Shown: piece by piece, positions 49,084-62,088 of the stretch
How positions within the stretch are numbered: position 1 is the stretch's first letter
How the letters are laid out: every line of letters begins with the position of its first letter
NCBI GenBank assembly: GCA_027320085.1
Contig: DAHVLZ010000019.1
Coordinates: forward strand, 97,172 to 161,171
From: Pseudomonadota bacterium
GTDB taxonomy: Bacteria; Pseudomonadota; Gammaproteobacteria; JAKAQQ01
Direction of reading: 5' to 3'
Length of the DNA stretch: 64,000 nucleotides
Notes under the pieces: generated by a model
The model's database searches: none
Told to the model about the DNA's origin: nothing
What the model saw: the letters and a program-made list of their open reading frames with translations, nothing else
Translations under genes and position numbers: made by a program

Positions 49084-49664
49084 GTGCGCCAGGAAACTGG
49101 GGTCAGTCGGTAGTGCGACCAATCCCCGTTCGGGTAGAGGAGGGTCAAGTCCCGGAGCGTCGGTCCACGGCCCCGGAGCACGAGGGACCGGAGGCTACGA
49201 GTTCCGGCGTCACGGCGCGGGCTGAGCGTGAGGATCCACTCCGGCGGCTTGACCCGTTGGGCCACGTGGAAGAGCTGGTGGAGTGTTTGGGGCTGACCGG
49301 AGAGAAGCGACTCCAGGGTTTGGGCCAGCATTCGAAGATCAGGAACGAGCGCCAGGGCAATCGTTCGTCGCTGTCCCCGCGCGTTGATGCTCCAGGCTTC
49401 CTTGCGGTTCATCCCGTATTGTTTCCGGACGGGGGTGAGCATGATGTCAGACAGATGATCCGGACGCTGATAACACCAGAATCCGCTCGCCCGGAGCTTC
49501 CCGTAGAGTACGCCGACATGTTCGGTTTCCCGATAGGCCACGGCAGCCTGTGTTTTTTTTGCAAACGACTTGAGGATGGTCTGCCAGTTGGGGGGCATGG
49601 CCCGGGCCGTGCCGAGGGCGAGAAGCACGAGACCCGGGATGAGGATAGGTCCGGCGCGTTTCAT
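49062..49664 (-). CDS. LolA-like lipid carrier
   Basis: Signal peptide; YRETEH..L..SG..Y.RPD.L; W.LTL.P; NGDWS. Confidence 0.8.
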   Translation of the reverse strand: MKRAGPILIPGLVLLALGTARAMPPNWQTILKSFAKKTQAAVAYRETEHVGVLYGKLRASGFWCYQRPDHLSDIMLTPVRKQYGMNRKEAWSINARGQRRTIALALVPDLRMLAQTLESLLSGQPQTLHQLFHVAQRVKPPEWILTLSPRRDAGTRSLRSLVLRGRGPTLRDLTLLYPNGDWSHYRLTPVSWRTCQKEGF

Positions 49665-50602
49665 GAAGGATCCCGAGGGAGCCAGAAATCGTAGAAGTTG
49701 AACCAGTTCATCGGGTATTGATGGGCCTCTCGTTCCAGCCGTTGCACGTATTTCTGCCCGATACGGAGCGCGGTCTCCTCAAGGGTCGGTTGGGGCGGAC
49801 TGAGCAAGGGTTCGATCTGGATCCGGTAGTGTCGTGCCCGCTCGTGGATGCAGTAGAAAGTGAAAATCGAGGGGCCAAGCCGTGCGGCGAGATAAAAGGG
49901 GGTCAGCGGAAACTCGGCCTCCTGGCCGAGAAAGTCCGTCTTCCAGGTCCGGGAGGACCGGTGGGCCCGATCCGCGAGCATGCCGAGAAGCCCGCCCGAC
50001 CGCAGGTGGGCCTGCATGGTGATCATGGCATAGGGATTATCGGTCCAGATGACCGAGTGGGGATCCAGGTTGCCGAAGTTTTCCAGAAAGGACGTGACCG
50101 GTCGGCCACCCGCCGGATGCATGACAATTTTGAGCGGGAGATGGGCGGACTCTCCAAGGGACCGCATGACCTCGAAGCTCCCCAAATGGGAACCGAGCAG
50201 CAAAACGCCACTCCCCTCCGCCAAGGCCTTTTGTAGCAGATCGAGTCCTTCGATGGCGAAGTGGTAGCGCGGGTCCGGTCCTTGGGTCAGGAAGATCCGG
50301 TCATGGAGCGTGGCCGCATAGGTCCAAAGATGCAGGTAGATCTCCCGGGTCATGATCCGGTGGCGGTCCCGTGCATGCCTGAGAAAATTCCTCGAGGAAC
50401 GGGTGGCGTGCCGTGAGGTCAGGAGAAAGTAGAGAACGATGGGCGGCAGGAAGAAGCGTCCGGCGGTATAGCCGATTTTTCGACTGATCCAGAGAATCAG
50501 TCGAATGGCTTCCGGTGTGCCGCGGTCGGGCTGGGTTTGCCAGTTCATGGCTCGGGCCGGCGCAGATCCTCCCCTTTGCGGGTCATCCGGATCCTCACTC
50601 AT
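49661..50602 (-). CDS. LpxL/LpxP-like acyltransferase
   Basis: LLGSHLGSFEV, MLADR, FLGQEA.FP, YPMNWFNFYDFW; ATGA overlap with the upstream gene. Confidence 0.88.
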   Translation of the reverse strand: MSEDPDDPQRGGSAPARAMNWQTQPDRGTPEAIRLILWISRKIGYTAGRFFLPPIVLYFLLTSRHATRSSRNFLRHARDRHRIMTREIYLHLWTYAATLHDRIFLTQGPDPRYHFAIEGLDLLQKALAEGSGVLLLGSHLGSFEVMRSLGESAHLPLKIVMHPAGGRPVTSFLENFGNLDPHSVIWTDNPYAMITMQAHLRSGGLLGMLADRAHRSSRTWKTDFLGQEAEFPLTPFYLAARLGPSIFTFYCIHERARHYRIQIEPLLSPPQPTLEETALRIGQKYVQRLEREAHQYPMNWFNFYDFWLPRDPS

Positions 50603-52017
50603 CGGGACGTGGAGTCGGCGGGGACGAGGACGTGTTCGCGGTAGAGGCCGGCCAGCACAGCGTGGCTGATCTTTCCCGTGGGCAGGTGGGGGATATCCTC
50701 GACCACGATCAGGGGCCGGGGCAGGAAAATCCCATCGATGCGTTTCCGAAGCTGGGCCAGGATCCACTTCTCGGAGACACCGGGAGCCGTGACAAAGGCC
50801 ACCAGCCGTTCGGGTTCACCCCGGGTTTCTTGTTCTCGGGGCTGGTAAAACGCCCCGGACTTCACTCCCGGGATTTCGAGGAGTGCGTGGTTGAGCGCGG
50901 CAAGGGAGGCCCTTCGCCCCGCGACCTTGAGAATGTCCTGCCGTCGTCCGAGAAGACAGAGGTGGGACGAATCCAAGACTTCCACCTCATCGTCCAGGAA
51001 CCGGGCAGTGCCTGTCCGGCGCCGGATCACGCATGGCCGTCCCTCAAGCCGCGATACGCTCACGTGGTCGAGCAGGTGCCAGGGCTCCTCGCGGACGGTT
51101 CTCCGGGTGGCCAGCGCGCCGGTTTCCGTACTGCCATAGACTTCCATCACGGGTACCTTGAATCGCTGCTCGGATTCCCGGGCCAATGCCGTCGAGAGAG
51201 GAGCGGTCGAGCAGATGATCAGGCCGAGTCCGGTCACCGTCAAGCCGCTCTCGACCAGGGCCCGCAAGTGAAAAGGCGTGGTGACCAAGACCGCGTGTGT
51301 CCCCAGCGAGGCGGCCTCCCGGACATCAGAGGGGAAAAACAGTCGCTTGCGGTAGAGGCTCACTCCGTTGCGCCAAGGCATGAACAGGCCGTGCTCCAGG
51401 CCGTACAGATGGTAAGGGGGGACGGTCGAAAGCACATGGCTGAAATCCCGGATCCGTACCCTTCGGCTCACGGCATCGGCACTTTCCAAAAGTTGTGTCC
51501 AGGACTTGTAGTGCAGGCCGGGAGACTGGGTGGTGCCCGAACTCCACAGGGCAATCCGGCCTCGGGGGAGGGATTTCACCGGCCGGTCGCCCTCCCGGGG
51601 GGTTGGCGGATCAGGTGGTGGAGTCGCGGGTGGAGTGTCGGCCGGGAGATCGGTCTCCTCACAAAACAGGAAGGACGGGGCGGGAAGAGGCAGGTGACCG
51701 AGCAGTGCAGCGGCACTTTCCCGGTCCGGCGCCAAAAGGATCCGCATCCGATGCTGACGGGCCCAGAGCAGGCACTGGGCAAAGGAGTAGAAATCCCGGG
51801 CCAGATTGACCATGACGGCGGAGGCCCTCCCCGCCGACTCCCAATCGGTTCCTTCCGGGAGCGTGATCTCGCATTCGGGGTGGGGTTCGGTCCCCCGGTC
51901 GGCCAGTGGCCGCGGACACCAGAGGAGGGGTTCCGAGCGGTCGGGTGGCCACCGGGGATGGGTGCGGACGATGGTCGGGTTGGAAATCCGGTCAGCGGGT
52001 CCGGTTTTGGGCCACAT
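50599..52017 (-). CDS. AMP-binding acyl-ACP/CoA ligase
   Basis: SSGTT, STVPPYHLYGLE, EVYGSTETG, LLGR..ILKVAGRR, TGK; start uncertain. Confidence 0.88.
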   Translation of the reverse strand: MWPKTGPADRISNPTIVRTHPRWPPDRSEPLLWCPRPLADRGTEPHPECEITLPEGTDWESAGRASAVMVNLARDFYSFAQCLLWARQHRMRILLAPDRESAAALLGHLPLPAPSFLFCEETDLPADTPPATPPPDPPTPREGDRPVKSLPRGRIALWSSGTTQSPGLHYKSWTQLLESADAVSRRVRIRDFSHVLSTVPPYHLYGLEHGLFMPWRNGVSLYRKRLFFPSDVREAASLGTHAVLVTTPFHLRALVESGLTVTGLGLIICSTAPLSTALARESEQRFKVPVMEVYGSTETGALATRRTVREEPWHLLDHVSVSRLEGRPCVIRRRTGTARFLDDEVEVLDSSHLCLLGRRQDILKVAGRRASLAALNHALLEIPGVKSGAFYQPREQETRGEPERLVAFVTAPGVSEKWILAQLRKRIDGIFLPRPLIVVEDIPHLPTGKISHAVLAGLYREHVLVPADSTSR

Positions 52018-52285
52018 ACAGGCTGAGCTGGTTGAGGTTGCGGAAAATTTCTTGCGATTCCGCCTGATCCGCCTGAATCTGGATGCCGTACCGCTTGGAC
52101 AGTTCCAGGGACAGCTCCAGGGCATCGATGGAATCGAGTTCGAGTCCCTGGTCTCCGAACAAGGGCTCTTGCGGGTCGATCGCCTCAGGCGGTCGTCTCA
52201 GCTTGACGGCCTGAACCAGTACGGTGGCGATTTCACGCTGCCAATCGGTGAGCGGGGCAGGGCGGGTCTTGTCGGCCGTCGTCAT
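51992..52285 (-). CDS. Acyl carrier protein
   Basis: PLFGDQGLELDSIDALEL...YG (phosphopantetheine Ser). Confidence 0.92.
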   Translation of the reverse strand: MTTADKTRPAPLTDWQREIATVLVQAVKLRRPPEAIDPQEPLFGDQGLELDSIDALELSLELSKRYGIQIQADQAESQEIFRNLNQLSLYVAQNRTR

Positions 52286-52307
52286 TTCATCGGTTTCCTC
52301 GGACTGA

Positions 52308-55078
<2,771 letters not shown>

Positions 55079-55089
<11 letters not shown>

Positions 55090-55423
55090 GCGAACCTGGC
55101 TGCTGTGGTTGGCCATGGGAGGGTTGATCGTGCTGGCCCAGAAACAGCTGTGGTGGTCCGGTGACAGCTTTCCGAAGGATGCCGCTCTGGCGCGAGCCAT
55201 CGGCCACCAGCAGCGCCTCAATCTTCGGCTTGAACGGACGAACCGCATGCTCTATGCCGAGGTGTTGAGCTTGGAAAAAGGGACAGGTGCGGTGGCCCAG
55301 CAGGCGAGGACCGATCTGGATTTTATCCGTCCAGGCGAGACCTTTTATGAAATTGTCCACGGGAGGCGTTCTCCGGCCCCCCGCCCGCAGGCCGCCTTTC
55401 CCCCGGCCCGCAAGTCGCCATGA
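55079..55423 (+). CDS. ftsB: Cell division protein FtsB (septum formation initiator)
   Basis: TM + [29 protein letters not shown]. Confidence 0.85.
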
Positions 55424-56217
55424 ACCTCTCCGGTCTCGCGATCCACGATCATGGGCCCATCCGGGAGATCCGGATGGATCGGCCACCCGTCAATGCCCTG
55501 GATGCGGGGCTGGTGCAGGCACTCCTGGATGCGCTAAAGCCCCCCACTGACCCGGCAATCCGGGCCTTCGTCCTTTCCGGCCAGCCCGGCATCTTTTCAG
55601 CCGGCCTGGACCTGCCCTCGCTCCTCGCCCTGGACCGTGACGGCATGGCCGCTTTTTGGCGGCAGCTGGTCGTGCTCTTGAGGACCATCGCGCGGAGTCC
55701 CGTACCGGTTCTCGCCGCCATGACCGGTCACAGCCCAGCCGGGGGGACCGTTTTGTGCCTGTATGCGGACTATCGGGTGATGGCGCAGGGAGACTACCGG
55801 GTCGGACTCAACGAAGTGCAGGTTGGCTTGCCGGTTCCGGACTTTATCCAGCGTGGCCTGGTGCGTCTCGTGGGACCGCGACAGGCCGGATCCCTGGTGA
55901 TGGGAGGGAGTCTGATCGGTCCGGATGACGCTCGGACGATCGGCCTCGTGGACGAACTGGCAGCCCCGGAGCAGGTTTTGGAATGCGCACTCAGGCGGGC
56001 CCGACAATGGCTGGCCCTGCCCCAACTGGCCTTTCAGGCAACGCGCGAGATCTCGAGAAGGGACCTCAGGTTCATGGACCAGGATCCCGCTGAGATTGAA
56101 ACCCTGGTGACCTTCTGGTTCCGGCCCGAGACTCAGGAGGCCCTTCATCGTTATGTCGATTCCTTCCGCAAGCGTCGCGATCCGGATCCGGATCGGCCGC
56201 GGCGCAGCAAGACGTAA
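55420..56217 (+). CDS. Enoyl-CoA hydratase/isomerase
   Basis: RPPVNAL, FSAGLD, GHSPAGG, GLNEVQVG, IGLVDE. Confidence 0.92.
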   Translation: MNLSGLAIHDHGPIREIRMDRPPVNALDAGLVQALLDALKPPTDPAIRAFVLSGQPGIFSAGLDLPSLLALDRDGMAAFWRQLVVLLRTIARSPVPVLAAMTGHSPAGGTVLCLYADYRVMAQGDYRVGLNEVQVGLPVPDFIQRGLVRLVGPRQAGSLVMGGSLIGPDDARTIGLVDELAAPEQVLECALRRARQWLALPQLAFQATREISRRDLRFMDQDPAEIETLVTFWFRPETQEALHRYVDSFRKRRDPDPDRPRRSKT

Positions 56218-56750
56218 GTGGCCCCACTGCCCCCCTCACAATGACGGGGAGTGGCGTAGGCGAGAACCTCGTGACGTTCTCTCAGCCATTCGAGAACCGC
56301 GGGACGCAACACCGGCCCCTGGGTGCCGGAATGAATGCCCTTGCCGTGGATGATGAGCACGCAGGAATGATCCGAATCCACAGCATCTTTGAGAAAACGG
56401 GCGAGGGCCGCCTGTGCATCCGGGAGGGTCAGTCCGTGGAGATCCAGCCGACCCTGGCAGGGAATCAGTCCACGCCGGAGTTTTTCCATGACCGTCCGCT
56501 GGATGCCCACGATCCGGAACTGGGTCGATTCGGCATCCCCCAGGTCCGGCTGGTCCAGCCCCCCTCTCAGGGAGGCTGCAAGAATCTCTTGTTCGGCCTG
56601 CCGTCGATGCAGGGCGCGGGGCTTCGGTTTGGGTGGGGAGGGCTTTTCGGCGACCGCATGTGTGGGACGAACCCCCGCCCGTGCCATCGCCTCGCGGAAA
56701 CTCAGACTTTCCTCAGGGGTCGGGGTCAGCGTGGAATCGCGCCTGCTCAT
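56151..56750 (-). CDS. Smr-domain protein
   Basis: [30 protein letters not shown]. Confidence 0.92.
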   Translation of the reverse strand: MSRRDSTLTPTPEESLSFREAMARAGVRPTHAVAEKPSPPKPKPRALHRRQAEQEILAASLRGGLDQPDLGDAESTQFRIVGIQRTVMEKLRRGLIPCQGRLDLHGLTLPDAQAALARFLKDAVDSDHSCVLIIHGKGIHSGTQGPVLRPAVLEWLRERHEVLAYATPRHCEGGSGATYVLLRRGRSGSGSRRLRKEST

Positions 56751-56815
56751 CGGGGCTGCGCCGATCGGTCGAAGGGCACGGAAGGGGATTGTATAGCGGG
56801 GAGCCGGTTTTTGCC

Positions 56816-57571
56816 ATGCGCATCCTCTTGACGAATGATGACGGCTGGAATGCGCCGGGCCTGAATCTCCTGGCGGCAGCCCTTCGATCGCGAGCGGAAG
56901 TCATCGTTGTCGCGCCCGATCGGAACCGGAGTGGTGCCAGCAACTCCCTTACCCTGAATGACCCCCTGCGGGTCGAGACCCTGGGACCGCTCGTCTATGC
57001 GGTCAATGGGACCCCGACCGATTGTGTCCATCTGGCACTGACCGGGCTTTTGGACCAGGAGCCCGATCTCGTGATTTCCGGAATCAATGATGGTTCCAAT
57101 CTGGGGGACGACGTGCTCTATTCCGGCACCGTGGCGGCGGCCATGGAGGGGCGCTTTCTCGGGCTGCCCGCGATTTCCATCTCTCTGGTGGATGCCCCGG
57201 ACCGGCTGTACGAGACCGCACTCGAGGTGGTCCGTGTGATTCTGGAGCACCTGGAATCCGTGCGCTGGCCCCAGGACACGATTCTCAACGTCAATGTGCC
57301 CTCGATTCCATGGGCTCAATTGCGCGGTTTCCGGGCGACCCGGCTGGGTCATCGGCATCGGGCTTCGCCGGCCATCCGCGCCCAGGACCCGCGCGGTCGG
57401 CCGATTTACTGGGTTGGACGGGCCGGGCCCGCGGCCGATGCAGGGGAAGGAACCGATTTTCATGCCGTGGCCTCCGGTGCCGTATCGGTGACACCACTCG
57501 AGATCGACCTGACCCGGCATCCGGCACTGCCCACGCTGGCCCAGTGGCTGGACACCCTGGCCCATGACTGA
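56816..57571 (+). CDS. surE: 5'/3'-nucleotidase SurE
   Basis: [37 protein letters not shown]. Confidence 0.97.
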   Translation: MRILLTNDDGWNAPGLNLLAAALRSRAEVIVVAPDRNRSGASNSLTLNDPLRVETLGPLVYAVNGTPTDCVHLALTGLLDQEPDLVISGINDGSNLGDDVLYSGTVAAAMEGRFLGLPAISISLVDAPDRLYETALEVVRVILEHLESVRWPQDTILNVNVPSIPWAQLRGFRATRLGHRHRASPAIRAQDPRGRPIYWVGRAGPAADAGEGTDFHAVASGAVSVTPLEIDLTRHPALPTLAQWLDTLAHD

Positions 57572-58226
57572 TTCGCAGGCCGGAATCGGCATGACCTCAC
57601 TCCGCGCCCGGGAACGGCTGGTCCAGCGTCTGCGGGAGAACGGCATTCACGATGAACGGGTCCTGGCCCAGATTGCGGGTGTGCCCCGTCACTGGTTCGT
57701 CGACGAAGCGCTCTCCATCCGGGCCTATGAGGATACCGCGCTGCCGATCGGGTATGGCCAGACCATTTCGCAGCCGTTCATCGTGGCCCGCATGAGCGAG
57801 GTTTTGGTGGCGGAGGGACCTCTCGACCGGGTTCTCGAGGTGGGAACCGGTTCCGGCTACCAGACCGCCATTCTGGCCGGCCTGTTTCGCGAGGTCTATT
57901 CGATCGAACGCATTCGTCCGTTGCATGACCGGGCCCGGGAGATCCTGTCCCGGTTAAGCCTCCACAATGTCCACCTGCATCATGGGGATGGTCTCGAAGG
58001 CTGGTCCCGGGCCGGCGGCTGCTCGGCCATGCTGCTTGCGGCCGCCGTGCATCACATCCCGGACCGTCTGCGGAGCCAGCTCACGGTGGGGGGGAGGCTC
58101 GTGGCGCCCAAGATCACGCCCCAAGGCCAACAACTCGTCTTGATCCAAAGGCTGGATGAGAACCGCTACCAGGAAACCGACCTCGGGCCGGTCGTCTTTG
58201 TCCGCAGCCGAAAAGGGCTTGAGTGA
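57564..58226 (+). CDS. pcm: Protein-L-isoaspartate O-methyltransferase
   Basis: [36 protein letters not shown]. Confidence 0.97.
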   Translation: MTDSQAGIGMTSLRARERLVQRLRENGIHDERVLAQIAGVPRHWFVDEALSIRAYEDTALPIGYGQTISQPFIVARMSEVLVAEGPLDRVLEVGTGSGYQTAILAGLFREVYSIERIRPLHDRAREILSRLSLHNVHLHHGDGLEGWSRAGGCSAMLLAAAVHHIPDRLRSQLTVGGRLVAPKITPQGQQLVLIQRLDENRYQETDLGPVVFVRSRKGLE

Positions 58227-58915
58227 GAAGGCTTTTCACGCATTCCCGGGGGATTGTCCGGCTCGGGACGTGGGCGGGACTCGTCCTCATGGCCGGATGC
58301 ACGAATCCGCTCAACTGGCCCACGCCGCATCGGGCGGGAACCTACGTGGTGCGACCCGGAGATACGCTCTATTCCATCGCTTGGCACTACCGGCTGGATT
58401 ATCGTCAAGTGGCCAGTTGGAACGGAATTGCCCCTCCCTATCTGATCTATCCGGGGGAACGCCTTCTGCTCCAGGAACCCGGACCCGCCCTGGCCGGTCC
58501 TGTCCGAAGGCGGACGCGGCCTGCGCCCCTGGCCCAGCACCACTACGGAGGACCCTGGGTCTGGCCGGCTGCCGGATCCGTGGTGGGATCATTCTCCGGC
58601 CAGGGTCTGAACGGCAGTGGGGTCACGATCGCCGGGCGTGACGGCGAGACCGTGGTTGCCGCACATGCGGGACGCGTGGTGTATGCCGGTAGTGGACTTC
58701 CGGGTTATGGACGCCTTATCATCATCCGTAACGACCCGGAGTATCTGAGTGCCTATGCATTCAACCGGAAAGTCATCGTCCAGGAGGGGATGATCGTGCA
58801 GGCCGGACAGCCCATTGCCCGGATGGGGACACGGCATGGCCGGCCCCTTCTTCACTTTGAAATCCGCCGGGATGGTGTCCCTATCAATCCCTTGGCGTTA
58901 CTCCCGCACCGGTGA
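58223..58915 (+). CDS. nlpD: LysM/M23 lipoprotein NlpD
   Basis: Lipobox MAGC, YVVRPGDTLYSIAW, GRVVYAG, LHFEIR. Confidence 0.9.
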   Translation: MRRLFTHSRGIVRLGTWAGLVLMAGCTNPLNWPTPHRAGTYVVRPGDTLYSIAWHYRLDYRQVASWNGIAPPYLIYPGERLLLQEPGPALAGPVRRRTRPAPLAQHHYGGPWVWPAAGSVVGSFSGQGLNGSGVTIAGRDGETVVAAHAGRVVYAGSGLPGYGRLIIIRNDPEYLSAYAFNRKVIVQEGMIVQAGQPIARMGTRHGRPLLHFEIRRDGVPINPLALLPHR

Positions 58916-58935
58916 CCCAGAAAAATGGTTTTCGG

Positions 58936-59865
58936 ATGAAAAAGGAAGACCCGTTGGACGAGGTCTCCAGCCCGAAAGACGAATCGGCGGGCGGGGCCAT
59001 GGGGTCCCGGGAAGAGGGCTGGTCAGAAGAAGATTCGATGAGCCTGGCCCGGCGCTATCTCAACGAGGTGGGCTTCCGTCCTCTGCTCACGGTGCAGGAG
59101 GAAGTCAGCCTGAGTCGACGCAGCCGGCAGGGCGATGTCACGGCCCGTCACCGTCTGATCGAGGGCAACCTCCGTCTGGTGATCAAGGTGGCCTTGCGAT
59201 ATGTCGGTCGCGGGATACCCCTCATGGATCTCATTGAGGAGGGAAACCTGGGACTGATCCGCGCCGTGGAGGGTTTCGATGCCGAGCGGGGCATCCGCTT
59301 TTCGACCTATGCGATGTTCTGGATCCGCCAGAGGATTGAAAAGGCACTCTTCGAACAGCGTGGCGATATCCGGATCCCGATCAACCGCGCCCGTCAGGCT
59401 CACTTGATGCTCCGGACCGAACAGAAGCTGATCCAGCAGCTGGGACGCAAGCCAACCCTGGAAGAGGTCGCCGTCGAGCTCGGGCAGGAGGCCCAGGAAG
59501 TCCGGACGATCCAGCGCTATACGCGCCACCAGACCTCTCTTGATCAGCCGCTCGCTGCGGAGTCCGAGCACAACCTCGCGGATTTCATTGAAGATGATTC
59601 CTCGACCGATCCGATCGAGTTCCTGCACCGGCTGGGGGTGGAAAATCTGCTCGACCAGTGGATGCAGGAACTGGATCCCCAATCCCGGGCCGTCGTGCAG
59701 CGCCGATTCGGGTTTTCCGGTGGCGATAAGGAAACGCTGGATCGGATCGGCCGCTCGATGCGGCTCAATCCGGAGGCGGTGCGCCAGATCCAGATCCGGG
59801 CCTTGAACAAGCTCAAGAAACTTCTTGTGCGTGGAGGTTTTTCAGCCGCCGCCCTGCTCGATTGA
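58936..59865 (+). CDS. rpoS: RNA polymerase sigma factor RpoS
   Basis: YLNEVG, NLRLVIKVA, DLIEEGNLGLIRAVE, RFSTYA.FWIRQ; follows nlpD. Confidence 0.9.
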   Translation: MKKEDPLDEVSSPKDESAGGAMGSREEGWSEEDSMSLARRYLNEVGFRPLLTVQEEVSLSRRSRQGDVTARHRLIEGNLRLVIKVALRYVGRGIPLMDLIEEGNLGLIRAVEGFDAERGIRFSTYAMFWIRQRIEKALFEQRGDIRIPINRARQAHLMLRTEQKLIQQLGRKPTLEEVAVELGQEAQEVRTIQRYTRHQTSLDQPLAAESEHNLADFIEDDSSTDPIEFLHRLGVENLLDQWMQELDPQSRAVVQRRFGFSGGDKETLDRIGRSMRLNPEAVRQIQIRALNKLKKLLVRGGFSAAALLD

Positions 59866-60255
59866 AGGTTCGCCGGGCGATGCAACCAGCAGGGCCGCCA
59901 CGACCGGCCGCCCGTCCGTGGCCAGGATGTTGTAGGTCCGGCAGGCTGAAGCCGTGGTCATGACTTCGAGGCCGATGCGGCGGGAGAGGATGTCGGCCAC
60001 GAGCGGGCCCGGCGGGAAAACCAGGTCGGCTCCAGTGCCGATCAGAAGGATTTCCGGTTCCAGCGAAAGTGCCGGTTCCAGTTGCTCCAACGAGAGGTGT
60101 GCGATCCCCTCCACCCGCCAGTCGATCGGGACCGCCCGGGGAGAGACGATGAGAGGGCGTGTGTGGTGCGTTTCATGGATATGAATAAAACCCGCACCAT
60201 AGCTTCGGATAAGGTATTGTACGTCCCTCGCTGGAATGTCTTTGTCGATCAGCAT
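59842..60255 (-). CDS. Mth938-like domain protein
   Basis: PEILLIGTG, GLEVMTTASACRTYNILATDGR.V.AAL. Confidence 0.9.
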   Translation of the reverse strand: MLIDKDIPARDVQYLIRSYGAGFIHIHETHHTRPLIVSPRAVPIDWRVEGIAHLSLEQLEPALSLEPEILLIGTGADLVFPPGPLVADILSRRIGLEVMTTASACRTYNILATDGRPVVAALLVASPGEPSIEQGGG

Positions 60256-60347
60256 GCTCCGAAATTACCCCGGGCCACCCCAGAACACAACCGGGAACCG
60301 TCTTTTCGTTTCGGCGTCTGGGGTGTCGCCGGGCGGGGTCTTTTGAA

Positions 60348-60851
60348 TTGTCACAGAACCCCCTGAGTCCCGCGCAAACGATCGTCCGGCTGGTGCGACC
60401 CACAAGTGGCGGTGACTCCACCGCCTGGCCCGGAGTCGCACCGGTCCTCGAGCGGGTTTATCGCGCGCGAGGGATCTCGGATCCCGGGGAACTCGACCTG
60501 TCCTTGCAGGGTTTGTCGGACCCGGTGTCCCTGCCCGGTATCTCGCAGGCCGTCTCCACCTTGATGGCACATCGGGCGGCTCCCATCCTGGTCGTCGGGG
60601 ATTACGATACCGACGGGGCGAGTGCCACCGCACTGGCGGTACTGGGTCTTCGGGCGTTGGGCTGGGAGCGGGTCCACTATCGTGTTCCCAACCGTTTCAG
60701 ACACGGTTATGGTCTGACCCCGGCACTGGTCCGTGAGATTCTGGAGGATCCGCCGGCCCTGTTGTTGACGGTTGATCAGGGAACCACCAGCATCGAAGGA
60801 ATTGCGCAGGCGCGTGCGGCCGGTTTGTCCGTGGTGGTGACGGATCATTAG
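60348..60851 (+). pseudogene. recJ: 5' fragment of recJ, cut inside the DHH motif
   Basis: VYRARG, VGDYDTDGASATA, VPNRFRHGYGL, TVDQG, then VVVTDH*. Confidence 0.93.
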
Positions 60852-60940
60852 GGCGACGTATGTAGATTTACGTAAACTAGTAAACACGGTACCCTCCAGT
60901 TCTCAGGGGTTTCTTACCCTCCGTTCGGAAGAGATTCAGA

Positions 60941-62083
60941 GTGACTGGGACAAGCCCTTACAGGGTTCTGCTTTTGACTGACTACAACGGCGAACGGACG
61001 CCGTTTCTCGTGGATAGGCGCACGGGCCTCCCCGTCGTCGAAGTCAACCAATGGCGGCTTTTAGCGCGGCGTGGACGCTATCAGCACGCCACACTCGAAA
61101 GGGAGATGCTTGAGATAAGTTTTCTGTATCGCTGGGCATTCGAGAGACAAATCGATCTTCAAGCACGCATGAATTCTGGCGAGGGCATCCGGACCTCGGA
61201 GTCCACCAATCTTGCCGATTACTTGCGACAGGACTTTAGGGTATCTCTCCAGCACCTAAGTGTTCCCCGACACGTTAGCGCCGTGGTGCAGCAACAACGA
61301 TTTGCGACCATTCGAAACTTCCTCGTTTGGTGGATGGATATTGTTCTTGAGGACATACCGCATAACAACAAGAATGACCATCTACGCTTCGTGAGGATTA
61401 AAGAACGCCGGGATCGAATGCTTCGTTGGCTCGACCCACCTCCCGGCAAGTCCGCTTCTCGTGAAGGGTTGTCACCGGCGCTAAGAAAGCGCTTTCTTCA
61501 AATCATTCGTCCAGATAACCCAGAGAACCCCTGGAATGGAAGTTCTAGGTTGCGCAACTTTGTGAATCTTGATCACCACCGCTCTTCGATTCTTATTGAA
61601 CGTGCGCCGGCTGATGTTGAAGATCCACGCGCCGACGCGCCTGAGGCGAAGACTTTAGGAAGGGAACTCCCGATACCAAATACCCTCGTGCATCATCTGA
61701 AAGACTATATGCGTAAGGCGCGTCCTAGTGTTGGCGCCGCAAAAACTCATCCATTTCTGTTCGTCTCTTACCCTGCGGGAAATCCTTTGTCGAAGCGTGC
61801 AGTACAGCACCTTTTAGAGCAATTGAGAAATCGCCATCCAGAGTTCAACGAAGTAATGACTGTCCATGTTCTTCGTAATTGCTGGGCAGATATGATGCGT
61901 GCGCGACTACGAAAGATGGTGCGTAATCAGGAGATTGATTCAGAATTCTCTAAATTGCTGTTTAACTATCTTGGCGGCTGGGCGCATGGATCGCTACAAA
62001 GTGAAAAGTACAGTCGTGGCGAAATAAAACGTACCGCGGATGAGGCGCTGATCTCCATCCATAACGAAATATTTCAGATGTAA
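60941..62083 (+). CDS. Tyrosine recombinase-like gene 1, apparently internally deleted
   Basis: NPW..RLRN directly followed by ..DPR..AKTLGRELP, HPFLFVS, HVLRN, YLGGW..SEKY; the GxRxxE segment is absent. Confidence 0.7.
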   Translation: MTGTSPYRVLLLTDYNGERTPFLVDRRTGLPVVEVNQWRLLARRGRYQHATLEREMLEISFLYRWAFERQIDLQARMNSGEGIRTSESTNLADYLRQDFRVSLQHLSVPRHVSAVVQQQRFATIRNFLVWWMDIVLEDIPHNNKNDHLRFVRIKERRDRMLRWLDPPPGKSASREGLSPALRKRFLQIIRPDNPENPWNGSSRLRNFVNLDHHRSSILIERAPADVEDPRADAPEAKTLGRELPIPNTLVHHLKDYMRKARPSVGAAKTHPFLFVSYPAGNPLSKRAVQHLLEQLRNRHPEFNEVMTVHVLRNCWADMMRARLRKMVRNQEIDSEFSKLLFNYLGGWAHGSLQSEKYSRGEIKRTADEALISIHNEIFQM

Positions 62084-62088
62084 ATTGC

